In this document: one piece after another, positions 1 through 13,300 of the stretch
Layout: every line of letters begins with the position of its first letter
Numbering within the stretch: position 1 is the stretch's first letter
Source of the DNA: Lingula anatina
Lineage: Eukaryota; Animalia; Brachiopoda
Reading direction: 5' to 3'
Length of the DNA stretch: 64,000 nt
NCBI GenBank assembly: GCA_051362555.1
Contig: CM120642.1
Span: forward strand, 1,364,001 to 1,428,000
Notes under the pieces: model-generated
The model's input: the letters and a program-made list of their open reading frames with translations, nothing else
The model's database searches: none
What the model was told of the DNA's origin: nothing
Program-made: the position numbers and the translations under genes

Positions 1-1366
1 AACCATTAGGAAAACCTTAAGAAAATGCATGTAACATTAAGAGCAGAAAGTGTGATGTTTAACCTTGTACCTTTTCCCATTACAGACACTTAGCATTCAT
101 CGCTATCTGACATTTAAACCACTCAGCAGGCACACTCAGACAAGGAATGCTTCAAACCAGAAATAGAACAAAATAGGGAATTCAGATAACCTGATTTCTT
201 AAAGACAATAGGGTCTTCTTAATGTGGTCAGTCAAAGATGTGAGTTGTCAGGATTATTTCAAGGTGATTCTGGTTTGAACGGACATCTATCCTTTTACTT
301 AAACTGTCAGAAATTTGATGAAAATAGGAGTCTTCTAATGCTTTGGCAATGCCTTGGGAAAGCTGCAATATTATGACTTACAGTGAGGAAAAACAACTGA
401 ATGACAAAGCATAATGAACAGGAAGATGGCAGAAATTAAAAGAAAGGTCATTTTCTTTGAGGCATACATTGTGCTTATGTTTCTTTTTCTTTCTTACAAT
501 TTTAAGCTGAAAATATCAAGTTGAAGGCAAACACATCAAAATAATTGTGTAATAACTAATATTAAATGAAGCAAATGTCTTTTATTTTTTGAATCATTGA
601 GCTAAGGATATCATTAAAACCTGAATTTGCCTATTTACAAAAATCCATTCCCATAATGCAAGCTTTTGAAGCAGGCAGTTCTACATAAGGGGTCCAGGAG
701 AAAGATAATACAACAACCAAATATACAGATTTTAAAATAAATCTGTAACCTCCATTAGGATGAATAATTTTTGAAAATAAAATAATAAAAAGAAAACAAA
801 ACCAAACAAAAACTACTCAGAAAGATTAACTATGGCACACACTGTAACACTGACCGAGTCATTTATTAATTCATGAATAACGCACACTACACACTCTTGT
901 GAAAGATCCTCATTCCCAGTGTCTGTAGGATTGACACCCACCTGTGGTGTGCTTAATGGGGCCTTAAATGACCATTGTCCAAACAGATCAATATCTCACC
1001 CCAGGCCAGACCAAACTTCCTGGACATTTAACCTTGACCATTTTGAATACAGCCAGCCTCAGGTTATAGACTGTTAACAATCAAATACGGTGTTCATATA
1101 CAGGTGATGTTCAATGTTGTATTAACTAAAAAGTTGCTTTAACACTGATCTCCTATATTATACACATAACAGGCCTGCAAACAATAGAGGTTCAGGGGGA
1201 GGTCGAAAGAACAGCTCTTTCTGCCAGAAAAGGTTCACTCTGAATTCAAATTTGACCTAGGTTGATAAGCCATTTCTCAAGTTGGCTGAAAGGGGAATCA
1301 AGTCATTTAAAGACAAAATGCTGGACTCTTTAAAAACATCAAACCACTTTAATTTTTCTCAGATCT

Positions 1367-1537
1367 CAGGCCCGTAGCCATGGGGTGGGGGGGGTTCTAA
1401 AGAACCTCCTTTTTTGTCTGGAAAATGTTCATTCTGGGTTTAATTTTTTAGGTACACAAAGGTTTCATTTTAAAAGGTCTTATTTTTTCAAAAAAAAAAA
1501 AAAAAAAAACCTTTTGAAATTGCTGGCTACAGGCCTG
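1367..1537. mobile_element. Short MITE (CAGG.. ends, G-run interior)
   Basis: TIR CAGGCCCGTAGCCA / TGGCTACAGGCCTG. A related end occurs at about 50080-50106. No clear TSD. Confidence 0.55.
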
Positions 1538-4500
1538 GGTCTCTTGCATGTCCAGGAAGACAAGTATAACCATCACCAGTGGCAAGACAGAAGATCAATT
1601 TCCAACAAAAATACCAGACCAAACTCCCTGCAGCATGTGAGGACAGCCATCATTTCCCTGTCAATGTCATGAACTGCACACAATGATATAAATGCCGTTA
1701 TAAGAAACTTTACCTAAAGACCACTTACAGATTGCAATCAATTTTTTTTCTTTTGTTCAGGTTTCAACACTGTCAAAGTTCTTTTTAATCAATGACTTGT
1801 TGATCAAACTTTAATGTCTGTATGTTTACTAATTACTTTGAAACCCACACTGCAAACATTTCAAAAAGTAATATAAGAAAGATAGACTAAAGATATTGAC
1901 TGCACATTGAGCACTTGTATGTGTGGTGTAGACAGTCAACAAAATAGCTAAAACCAAAAGAATAAAATGTACTAGCTATTTTTCAGTAGTACCATTTTTA
2001 TACACCAGCCAGCAGAAATGATGAAATGTACTCAGCATACAAATTGGTACTTTTTTTTTTTTTTTTTTGGGGGGGGGGGAAGTACACTTTTCATGTGCAA
2101 GACAAGACAGCAGAAAGATACTAGGATAATCATTTCACGTACTGATGATTTGATTTCATTAAAGCCAAATCTTTTCGTCTGACATTTCCCATACTTCTAA
2201 CCAGTCCAATCTGTTACCCAATAAAAATACCTCTACCCCAAATAAAAATACCTCTTCATGATAAACCCACAAATATGCATCCAGAGACCAAATGACCTGT
2301 GCTGCTTGACCAGTACCTCTTGACCAGGCAAAATATGCTACAGGCAATTAACAAGATTTAAGATAAGAACATGCATCAAAGGCTTATTATCACCTGTACA
2401 GGTAGATTTAAACACCTACCTGTAAAGGTCACTGCAAACTGACCATCACTGATGTTAACTATGACCCTTCCGCCTATTGACAAAAAGGTGCAAACAATTT
2501 ATCCCATGTTCTACATAGGATAATGTACTCCACCTTACTGTATTGCAACTTAGTAAGTCTATAATCTTAAGAATAATCCTATACTTAATCTACCTGTACT
2601 TGAATCTACCTGTATTGGTCAATGAAAGCTGGCTATTTCTAAAGCTTGACCCATCTTAGCCAGCTGACGGACCACTTGGCTGGCCACTTGATGTGGGGGA
2701 TCCACCACCTGGTGTGCTTCACCTGCAATTTGTTTTGGTGTCGAAAGATCACATCAAGAGATGATCAAGAAATTTCTCTCACTGAGTTCCCAGGCATGAA
2801 GGATGCTTCCAGGCTACTGGCAAACAATTTCAAACAAGAGGGAGGGGGTCTGAACAAGTTGACCTTTTATCCCCCTAATTAGTCAACCTAATGTGAGATA
2901 TGGCATAGTACCTACAGATAGATCAAATTTTGATTCAGAGCAGTCCTTTCCAGGTGAAAGAACAATTATATTTACCCCTCCCCCCCCCCAACATCCACCC
3001 CAGCTCACTTGTCTGGCACCACATTAAATAATCAAAATAAAATCAAAATGTTTTATATATTTACCCACCTGTCAGTTTTATTCTTGTTAGATCATCTTCA
3101 GAAATATGTATTCTTTTAATAAGGTTAGGTAAAGAAGTGCTCATAACACCTTGACTCCAATGTTTATCAATAAAATTCTAAGAAATGTTTACGATCTGAA
3201 ATCAATAATTTTCTTTCAAATTAAAATCAGTTTTCAGTGTATACATGACATAAAACATGCCTAATATAACAATACAAAAAAAATTCCAAATCAAGAAAAA
3301 TAATTACCTTAGGTACAGAGCTTAAATTCTATCCTCTGAACTCTCTCGCTCTCTAACCAGCACACAAATCCAGGAACAGATCTCCCTCATTGACAAAGTT
3401 TGACCAGGTCAACAAGATAAGCAGACAATTTTCCACTACATTGCCTTCACTTCCGTCCATGGTCACTGACCACAAAATGCCCACAAAGAAACAGCTTGCA
3501 GATAAAACTGATCTGCTCATCCATGCATTCTAACACCCTAGCTGTCATTAATACAGCAGAAAGGAGGAGTGTTTACGTTGTTCTCAATTACTCTGACACA
3601 ATGAGAAGTAACTGAAACCTTCCTGTAAAACATCTTTAGAAATCCGTTGACGTATTTTGGTGTACAACTGAACCCTTTATTTTTAAAATCACAGCATGTT
3701 GGTTTGATTTGATATGACTGAAAAATGCATGCATGATATTCACTTTCTATAATTATCTGCAAGATGCTATGCATGAGCTATAACCTTATTCTCAGCTATA
3801 TCCTGCCAATTTTTCTCGTTTCCTAATGATCCAGATGTGATACTACAGCTTTGGCAGCCGAGTTGCAAAGGCTAAATGAAAAAAAATCTCTATTGGGAAA
3901 CCTCAAATGAAATTCACAGGGAATAATTGATGATGACAAAAAGAATCCTCCCCCTTATTAAGCCACATCAAAGATGACAAATTGATATCAAAGACTTAAC
4001 AATACATCTGGCAAACATCTCTGTCAACAAAGACATTCTAATTGGTTTGATATTCAAATTTTCTTCTCAGCATATCAAACCCTTATCAAATTTATCTAAA
4101 TTCAATAAAAAGACATGACATCATTTCAATTGATCATTTCTTACAAATATGTTTAAATACTTACCACACACATCATATCTTGCATTATTTCTTGCACAAC
4201 TTCTCTCTAAAATAAAATAAAAAAATACATTACATTGGCAGAAGTGAATGTTTTCTAGGAAAAGATGGCACAGAAACTGGGAAATTCAACAGTGAAATAT
4301 TGTCCAGTTTACAAAAAAGTAAAGGAAGAGAATGTTTTTTGATATGAAATACCCCCCCCCCCCCCCCCCCCCCATCTTCACTGACATCCTAAAACTTCAA
4401 AGCCAGGTCAATAGCCAGTAGGCTCAAGGGTGTGGAAGAACAAACTGCCTTTTTTTTTTCTTTGGGGGGGGGGGGGGGGGAGAGATCCTTTCTCAGGGAA

Positions 4501-5478
4501 AAAATTGATATAGGTACAAGCAGGTTTTATGGTAAAAGGACCAATTTTTCAGAAAAAGATACCTCTGTCCCTTTGCCTTTGCTGGCTATGTCCCTGTCCA
4601 CATCAAGGAAGCAGTCGTTTGATGAAGGGTCAAAATGTCATGCCTTCTAGGTAAAATAATAATGATTGGTCTCTTCAAAATGATTCAACTTTTTCTGAAA
4701 TAACTTTCCTAATATTTTTCTCAAAAAAATAGATCATTTCACATATAAAAGGTGCGTGTGCCTGTGTCTTAAAAATCTGAAGTACTATCTTAGACAAATC
4801 ATCTGAAAACCATCATGCCATTTCTGTATTATTTTACCAATTAAATCTTTCTAAATTTAGATCATTCCTGACCAACTGTGCAACAGTGTGATATGTAATG
4901 GCGATCTCATGCCCCAGTACAAATTAGGTACTAGTAACTCCTCCCAGGGCCATAGCAATAGTCCACAGGTTCACTATAGAACATTCAGACCAACGAACCC
5001 TTGATTTAAAAAAACTGTTGAAAATGTTATGATTTTTCAGACCAATGAACCTTTATACCAATGAACCTTCGGGCTATCGAGATGCCCCTATCAAATCATG
5101 GTGCTGGCATGGCCACATACAAAATACATATCAAGCAATTTTCTGTTCTTATATTTTTACACCAACCTGGAGTAAAAATCGATTACGCAATGATGAAATT
5201 GCATGTGTACGAGTTAAAGGCAGGCTGAGATTAGCTATTTCTCACTCAAGGTGCTGCAATTTTTTTGCTACATTCTTGTCTGATCCGTACTGGGTAGTAG
5301 TAGCAGTACCAGTAGTTGCATGGAATCTGCAGAAAATTTTCCAGGGGGGTTTAAGTCATTGAAGGGGAAGATAATGATTGGCTGGGTACCCGCAATAAAA
5401 AATGCAGTTCCAAAATTCCAGAGGGAGAGGGGAGGGGGGTGTCAAGTGACCCCATTGACCCCCCTGCAGACGCCCATA

Positions 5479-5692
5479 AGTGGTAGCAATAGTAGTAGCA
5501 AGCAGTTACAGTAGTAGCAGTAGTAATAGGTAGTAGTGCACATAGAAGCAGTAATCATAGTATATGTAGTAGCAGTTATTGTGGTAGCAGCAGTAGCAAT
5601 ACCTGTAGTAGTAGTAGCAGTAACAGTAACAGTATGTTATAACCCAAGCAGCAGTAGCAGAAGATTCAACAGTAATAGTAAAAAAGAGTACA
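5479..5692. repeat. Degenerate (AGT/AGC)n trinucleotide tract
   Basis: Direct reading of the sequence. Confidence 0.85.
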
Positions 5693-7019
5693 GCTAACAA
5701 TTGCTGAAAAAGTATTGAGAGGAGGATGTGAAAAATGGAATATGCAGAGATACAGCAGAGAGAACAGCCATAGTATAAAAATTGAATCTAAATCCTACAC
5801 AGAGCACAATTCACATTCACAAAAACAATCAAATTATGTTTAGAAAGCACTTTGTTTTGCTGTCTTAAATTATCAGTGATTATGTTCACAGTTAAAGTGA
5901 TTACCCCGGTTCTGTATTAGTTCCCCCAGGGGACACTAATGGAGAAAACATGTAAATATTATCTCTGTCTTATCCAACTCATCACTTGGACAAACGAGGA
6001 AATAAATTACATCATTAATAACAATTTTTCTGTCATCTGCAAATTTTTTTATGCATCTGTTATGCCATTTTCATCTATGAATTACTACAATATAAAAGAG
6101 AAAATGCTATCTGAGCCATCAAAATTAAGGTCACTTGTAGCAAAAAGATAGAGAGTGATGAGGCAAATATATTCAGATGGGGTGGGGGGGGGGGGTTTAG
6201 GAGGTTTGGGCAAGGGGGGGATCCCACAGCACTTCTCAACAGCCAGCCTCTAAATTAACCTGGGAAATGACTAATCAGGCACAAAAAGTCTGCTTCGGTC
6301 TAGCAATGGTCACATGATAACCTCACACAGCCAAGCCTCGTAACTCTCTCTGTCTTGTTAACACTGTGTCCCATCCATTTTTTGTGATCAATTCTTTCAT
6401 TACAGAGTAGTGTGGGTGATGCACTGTATGCATACAACTTGTCACTTCTATGTTCCCAAGGGATGGGTACTGTCTGGTCTCAAGCAGCTAACAGTTTGGT
6501 GATTTATGGCGGCCAGTGACTGATTTTCCAGTATAGGATGCTTTATAATGATAACGTCATTTTATTAATAGGGTATGATATCTAAACTTCAATGAAATAG
6601 GTAGTTTTTTGTTATGCTTTCATATCTGATGGATAAGAGTGTATTTTGGTGATGATTATGATGATGATGATGATAATGTTTTTAATATACAATGTTAAAA
6701 CTTAAATGAAACATTTTTGTGTTAATTCTTAATGTTTTAATTAAGTTCTAAAATTTTAACTCAATTATTGTTGAAGTCATAAAGTCCATATCTTACTTCA
6801 GTGTCATAATCTAAATAATCCAACATTGAAAAATAAGTATTGTATAAAAAACTGCAATTCTTACTATAATTCTATGTATAACAATATGGATGAATTTTTA
6901 ATAAAAAAAAACTCAGTCAGGAATTATCTTATTTCTACCATTTTACAGACGACGTACACATAAACAATACTGGTATTACAGTCACTATTACCACTGCTGT
7001 TACAAACACTTCTGTTCTT

Positions 7020-7195
7020 TCACTACTGCTAGTAATCAGCTATTGCTACTACTAATACCACCACTACTGGTACTACTACTACTACATGTAATACTACATG
7101 TACTACTACTACTACTACAACTACATTGTACTACTACTACTGCTACTGCTACTACTACTACAACTACTGCTACTGCTGCTGCTGCTACTGCTGCA
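7020..7195. repeat. (ACT/GCT)n trinucleotide tract
   Basis: Direct reading of the sequence. Confidence 0.9.
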
Positions 7196-8183
7196 ACTGT
7201 TAAAATACATGCACAACTTACTATTAAAGCTATTACACCAGACCTGTATCCTGCCCAAGTAGATTGAAAATAAAAACTCTTAATTCACCTGCAAGTGCCC
7301 TGGGATAAAAAGCTCTTTTCACAATTTCTCGAGTATTGTCTATACAAGGAAAGAACCCTTAGCATGGCAGTGTTCTACATTAGGCTAATCAATTAAATAT
7401 CTCTTATTTCATTACAAAGCTAACTTCACCTACCTGTGAAGAAAAAACCAATATGAAAAAACAATGTTTTATTCCTTGACACTTCCTTTGCCCGTGAAAT
7501 TTCAGAGATTAGAAGAAAACCAAAACTTCTAGCCCAGAGGATTTTCCTTTCACAGCAAGAAACCTAACCCCTCTCTTCAAACACTTGAATCTCCTGTCTT
7601 CATTTTCCTGGCAACTAAAAGCTTTTCTCCATCTCCTCAAACAATATAGGCCTAGTCTATCAACCATTTAGAAATCTGTTTTCAAAACTTTCTTTTCAAT
7701 CCCGTATCGACATGTGACCACCAATTTACGTCCGGCACGACAAGATATACTTGCCATTGATTTTCACAGAAAAGAATTAGGTACCAGAGAGTATCCAGTG
7801 TGCCAATTAAATTATACCCTGATACTGTACACAAATATTGACTGGCTTCTCCCATGCGTAGGCTTGCTAGGGGAATTTCTGTTTGATGATATCGGGTTAC
7901 ATCAGCAAATTGTGATAATGATAAATTAGAAAATGAAATATTAAAAAGAATGTATTTACTTTACAGCACCCTGTGTACCAGGAGGTATTGGGACTGCACC
8001 TCTATTAGAAGGGTGATTGTGGACTTGAGGCCCACCATTTAATGCCTAGTCCAGACCATTTAGACCCAAATATATTCACTTACCAAGGACAATGATATCT
8101 TAATTATTTGCAAAATGTTGACATTTTTTCATGATAATATTGTAAGTGTAAAGCAAAAACGCAAATCACAAAACTCTGTGGAT

Positions 8184-8219
<36 letters not shown>

Positions 8220-10145
8220 GGGGGGGCTAAACTAGTTTCCTTCTCTGCAAGGAAATATATGTTCATCATATCTGCATTTTCTGTTGTCAAAATAGATACT
8301 TAATACCAGTGCCTTTATACTGACTATACTGGGATCATGCTGTGGAGAATTGTTATCCAAGGAATACAGATAACTCTGCCAGTCAGCACCCTGGATTTCA
8401 GAGGGTTTCCAGTTCTGGACAAGGCAGAGGCATGCTGGTAGTAGACATAGGAGTGTCCAGGGACCTCCAGACTCAGGGTGAGAGCCAGAAGCTCTGGGAA
8501 TGATCTGTTTCCTCAAAACACAACAGAATATTTTTAAAAGTTCATTTTGGTGTGAATATATATTTGCTAGTTTTTCCCTCAGTCTGTTGTATGTGTCTGT
8601 TATCTGGTGACTGTTCATTGCTTGGTTTTTTATTATAAGACTAAAATCATGGATGAGGTCAGTTTCAGGTCAGAATGATCAGAGATTTTTTCAAAATCAC
8701 TACTGCAAGTTGAAAACTTTGACTAAAACTAAGAGAAAGAATAACAAATTATATTGAAGAAAAAAGACATTATCAGTAATGGTACAAAAAAAGTGCAAAT
8801 CATTTCATTGAATGTTAATCCTGCTTGATAAAAAATGCATTTATTCCTTCTTTACTTCAATCAATGTTTTGTCTAGACACAAGGAAACAGGTGACTCGTT
8901 GCACACCTGTACAAACTGTGTAATATTCTGGTTGAAATCCTATTGACACTGCATAGAGTGTTGCCACTTGAGAAGATTAAAAATCTATATGGTTTTTTTC
9001 ATGGTACTCTCTAATAAAGCCCCTTAATTCATTATGCAATAAGAGCTATAAGCATCCTGCATTTTTTATGCGTGACCTCAAACTTTGCATTCTCTTTGAG
9101 CGTCTGTCAATCAAGTGTTGAAAGAGTCTTGGTACTGCAGTTATGCCTCAACTATGTGTGAAATTTCTCTAGATAAACAGTGGAAAACATAATAGCCGCT
9201 AGTAATGACACAAGGAGATGCACTGTAGGATTGATTAAAGACGAGAGATATTGAACTGCAGACCCCTGCTACATACAGTCCAGTACAGTCCAGTACGAAA
9301 CAGATATTCCCTGCTTTTTTGTTAACTTCTGGGTCATCTCTTCTGGAAGATGGGTAGAATTTGAAAAACAAAGCAATACAAGGGGAAAAACCAGTAATTA
9401 AATTGTTGAGAATTAACCATGATCATTCACTGAACATACGAGTCTTCAATGGCTAGTGATAGACTTTTGAATTGAGTCATTCAAAGACATGCAGAGAAGG
9501 GTCTGATATTTATTTAAAAACAGTGAATTGTTGAACATTGGCAATAATACTGTACCATATAAAGATCTTTTAATGAGAATTTTATTCTTTCCAGGGTTCA
9601 AATATGGGGGTGGAGTGAGGGGGGGGGGTGAAACTTCTGAACTGATTTTGAAAAACTGTCAACCCTGAGTAAGGCAGTAAGCTGAAAGAGTTTTTACTGC
9701 ACCTGTACAGTTCAGGTCACTCTCCACTGTGGATCCCTCAGTCTAGGTATCAGTGATTATCACAGTGATTGCATGGTTATGGAAAAATATGGAACAGCTG
9801 AAAATTGTTCTAAAGAAGTGAAATCAAAATCTACAAAAATACTAGACTCATTTGCATCAGCAAATATTATTTCTATTTATATATATGCAATATAGTTATT
9901 TTGGAGGATGGTCTTCAGAGAAATGTCACTGTGTATCAAATAGTAACATGGAAAATTAACTGGAACTACACAATGTATAGTGATATACTGTGTTCAGATG
10001 GTGTGCATGAGGAAGGGGGGGGGGGGGGCGAAATGGGACTCCACTCTGTATCAATGTTTGATCTAGGTTTTATGCCATTTTTCATGTTAGAAGAGCTACG
10101 AGGGTGAAAAGCTCCATTTTTCTTATATCTTCTTTTATGCTAAAT

Positions 10146-10350
10146 GCAGTTTGATTTTAAGTCGATCTGTATCCGAGCACACTAAAACCAGTACCCATGA
10201 ATGCTGCCGTTATACATGGGCCATGCTATCTAGTTTTTCGCCATTTTTTATGTTAGATGCACTAAAGGCAGTTTGAGTTTAAATTGATCTGTATCTGAGC
10301 ACACTAAAACCAGTACCCATGAATGCTGTAATACATGGGCCATGCTTTCT
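10146..10350. repeat. Direct repeat, 2 copies, period about 122 bp
   Basis: GCAGTTTGA...GAGCACACTAAAACCAGTACCCATGAATGCTG...ATACATGGGCCATGCT occurs twice. Confidence 0.85.
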
Positions 10351-13300
10351 CTCATGGTGCCCAATACTCCATGGTACTAATTCTAATCAATTACCTCCTT
10401 ACAATACCAACTACCACCAGCAGTCTAACTCAGATAATACCAGGGGTGAACTGAGCTAGTAAAGCATTGATTTACTATAGCAGAGGGCTCCATAGTCTTA
10501 CTATAACTTAGCAGCTTCTTAGTGCAGATATCAATATGACTTGTCAATTGGGTAATTCTGTTCACAGATCTGGGTTATTGTGATCACTGTGATCAGAAAG
10601 TATTACGTTAATCAATGACAACTGATGGCTTGTTATGTCAGATCTTATAGATGGTTTAGCTGTTCACTTTTCATTATATCATTAACAAACTGTGAAGAAA
10701 GTCAGACTCCACTAGGTTTTAAACTAAAACCCTTTTGGTATCAAACATGGCCAGGCGTGAAACTTATTTCATCTGGGATTTTACTGTCTGAGGGGCAGTG
10801 GGATTTCTCTGTGTGGTGGATGTGTTTTAGGTTTTACAGTAATCAGTCTCCGACTGTCTCCAGTCTAATCAATGCTGTCTTTCTATGTTGTCATCATGTT
10901 TAAAAACTGATACCATAAAACAGATGATTCCTAATAAATTTTCTTAATTTTCAATCAATTCCATTTCATGTCTTAGCTACATCAAGAGGCATAACTTGTC
11001 TATCATTTAAGTGTCTGTCTGTTTAATCCTGTTGTGGATATATATGAATGGCTATATCCATGAGGGGGGATGATCTATAACCACAAGGTCTTCAAACCGA
11101 TAAACAGGTGACACATGGTCAATACTTGGTGGTCGAGAGTGCAGGTAGCTTTCAAACTCTTATAGCTGCAAGGGTGGACACAGGATGTCTTCTGGAGCTT
11201 TTCGAAGATGGTCAGAATTTTTCAAGTTTACATTGACGGGCATCATATTTTTTCTGTCGGAAGGCGGTCAAAAATGGAGGATGGATCAACAAAGATAATT
11301 TGGAAGACTGTCAGAAAATAACTCTGGATCTGTTCCTGCAGGGCAGCACTGAAGACTCAGGGAAATAATTCGTGTATGGATTTAGTAACTTGGAATATGA
11401 CAAAGTGTATAGAAAGTAAAAACAAAGAATTCTATAGCAAAAATGGTTAGATATAAAATTCAGTAAAATGTATTTTATAGATTTCTAAAATTTCATTTGC
11501 TGGTTTATTTTTGTTGATTTTAACTTAAATAATCATTACATATGTTGAAGGGAAAAAATCTCAATATCCAATAAAATTGTTTGATGAGGAAAACTATAAT
11601 TCATCCCTCTTTTCAAATGAAATCTGACCATTTGACCTCAACTCCCTAATTTGTCCAATTAAAAAAGTACAAAAAGGACCACATCACATCCCACAATCAC
11701 AGTGTATATCCAAGGGGGGTATCCTCCCCCACCATTGATTGTTTAGGTCAATGGGAAAATAATGCCGTAAAGTAAAGGTTATGATTCCCCCTCCCTCTGC
11801 CCAATTACTGCCCAATAGGAGGGTTTATTCTATTGATTATGCCTTATTGGACTTATAGAAACATTGCGGAGAAACATTAACAAACCTATGAAAAAGGAAT
11901 TGACCGTAATGGTTTGCAAACATTGACTGATTGGCCGCTGTGAAGTATTGAACATTGGGTATAATACCTTGCCATAAGGACCTTTCATTGAATAGAAAAA
12001 ATCTTTCTGGTCTGTGTCTAATAACTTGTATGCGAGGCATGACATGTGTTAAAATTTTGCAGAAGCAGGTGAAGTCTAATAAATGCAACTGCAAGCTTGT
12101 TAAATTCACAAAAAGAAAGACCACAGTGTGGTATAACATGTGTATCTGTATTTGTAAATATCTACCAAATGATTTATATTAGTACTAATTTGTAATTAAA
12201 AGAACTAAAAATGCTTCAGGACACCAATTATTTCTTACCCTGACAAATAAACCATGTGAATGTTCACATTTCTCCTCATCTCTGTAACTGAAGTGACCAA
12301 TTCAGGACCTTGCCATCCACCCCCACCCCTACCCCCACACCCCTACCCCCACCCCAAACTGGGAACCCTGAGACTAGCTTCTGTGTTGAAAATGTGTTAC
12401 ATATTCAAAACTTAACTCTAAACAATGTCCTCTGTCAGTTCTGTGGCCTGGAAAACATGGTTAAGGTGGTCCATTTGTAAACTCACCAAAGAGACCCACA
12501 AGAGGTTACCCTGTTCCAAATTTGGTGTTCCTAGCTTACCTATTTCTCCAAAAATCCAGTGACACATTTTCACAGCTCTGGTATCAGAGATTGCAATGGA
12601 TAATAAAAGTATTAGAGGCCTTCTATTACAGTATTCCTCTGGAGTGTCATATAATGTTTGTTTTCAGTGTGACAGCCCAATCACTATTTACAAAGATATT
12701 TAAACAACATACTGTACAAATACCACATACTTTCTCCTGTTCATACATATAGATATTCTATCAATTTGTAAGATACCTTTTCCACTTTTCTTACCTTAAA
12801 GTATTTTCTTGCTACAATATAACGCAACAATCCTGATTAGTAATGGTCTACGAGCTTCTTTATATCAAACAGTTCTTTTTTTAAGATACAGCACTGAGAT
12901 GAACCAAGATTCTACTGAAGGAAACGTCAGGCGAGAAAAGCAAACATTAACCTGCAGTGTTAAGCACTAGATGATCTGAGATCTAAGACTGGGGTTACCC
13001 AGGTGAAAATAAATTTAATAAATTTATTCCAATTCAATCAAATCAAGGCCCTATTAAAAATCAATAAAGTTTAATTGTTATATATCCTCTCAAAATGTAG
13101 ATTTTATCAAAGAAATGCATTTAATTTTTTTGCTTTTACTCACCCTTTTCTCATGTTTTGTTATTCATCACATAAGAAACTTGAATCTTCATTTCAAGAT
13201 TATTCTCTGGCATATGAGGTTCCCCAGTGTACTGGCATACTACAGTGGAACTCATGGCTTTGATCAGATATAATATGTGTCTACCATAAAAAATTAAAAG

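Noticed and set aside
5479-7267. Tyr/Cys-rich and Leu/Thr/Ala-rich ORFs, and an apparent inverted pair of tracts
   Set aside because: Trinucleotide microsatellite translations; the complementarity follows trivially from the simple repeat.
8183-8226. Long poly-G/C runs here and elsewhere as a functional G-quadruplex system
   Set aside because: Several such runs lie within short MITE-like repeats, homopolymer lengths are unreliable, and there is no positional pattern.
11060-11370. GC-richer, coding-looking patch
   Set aside because: The frames I translated are interrupted by stops and no motif or splice context was recognised; possibly a decayed repeat.
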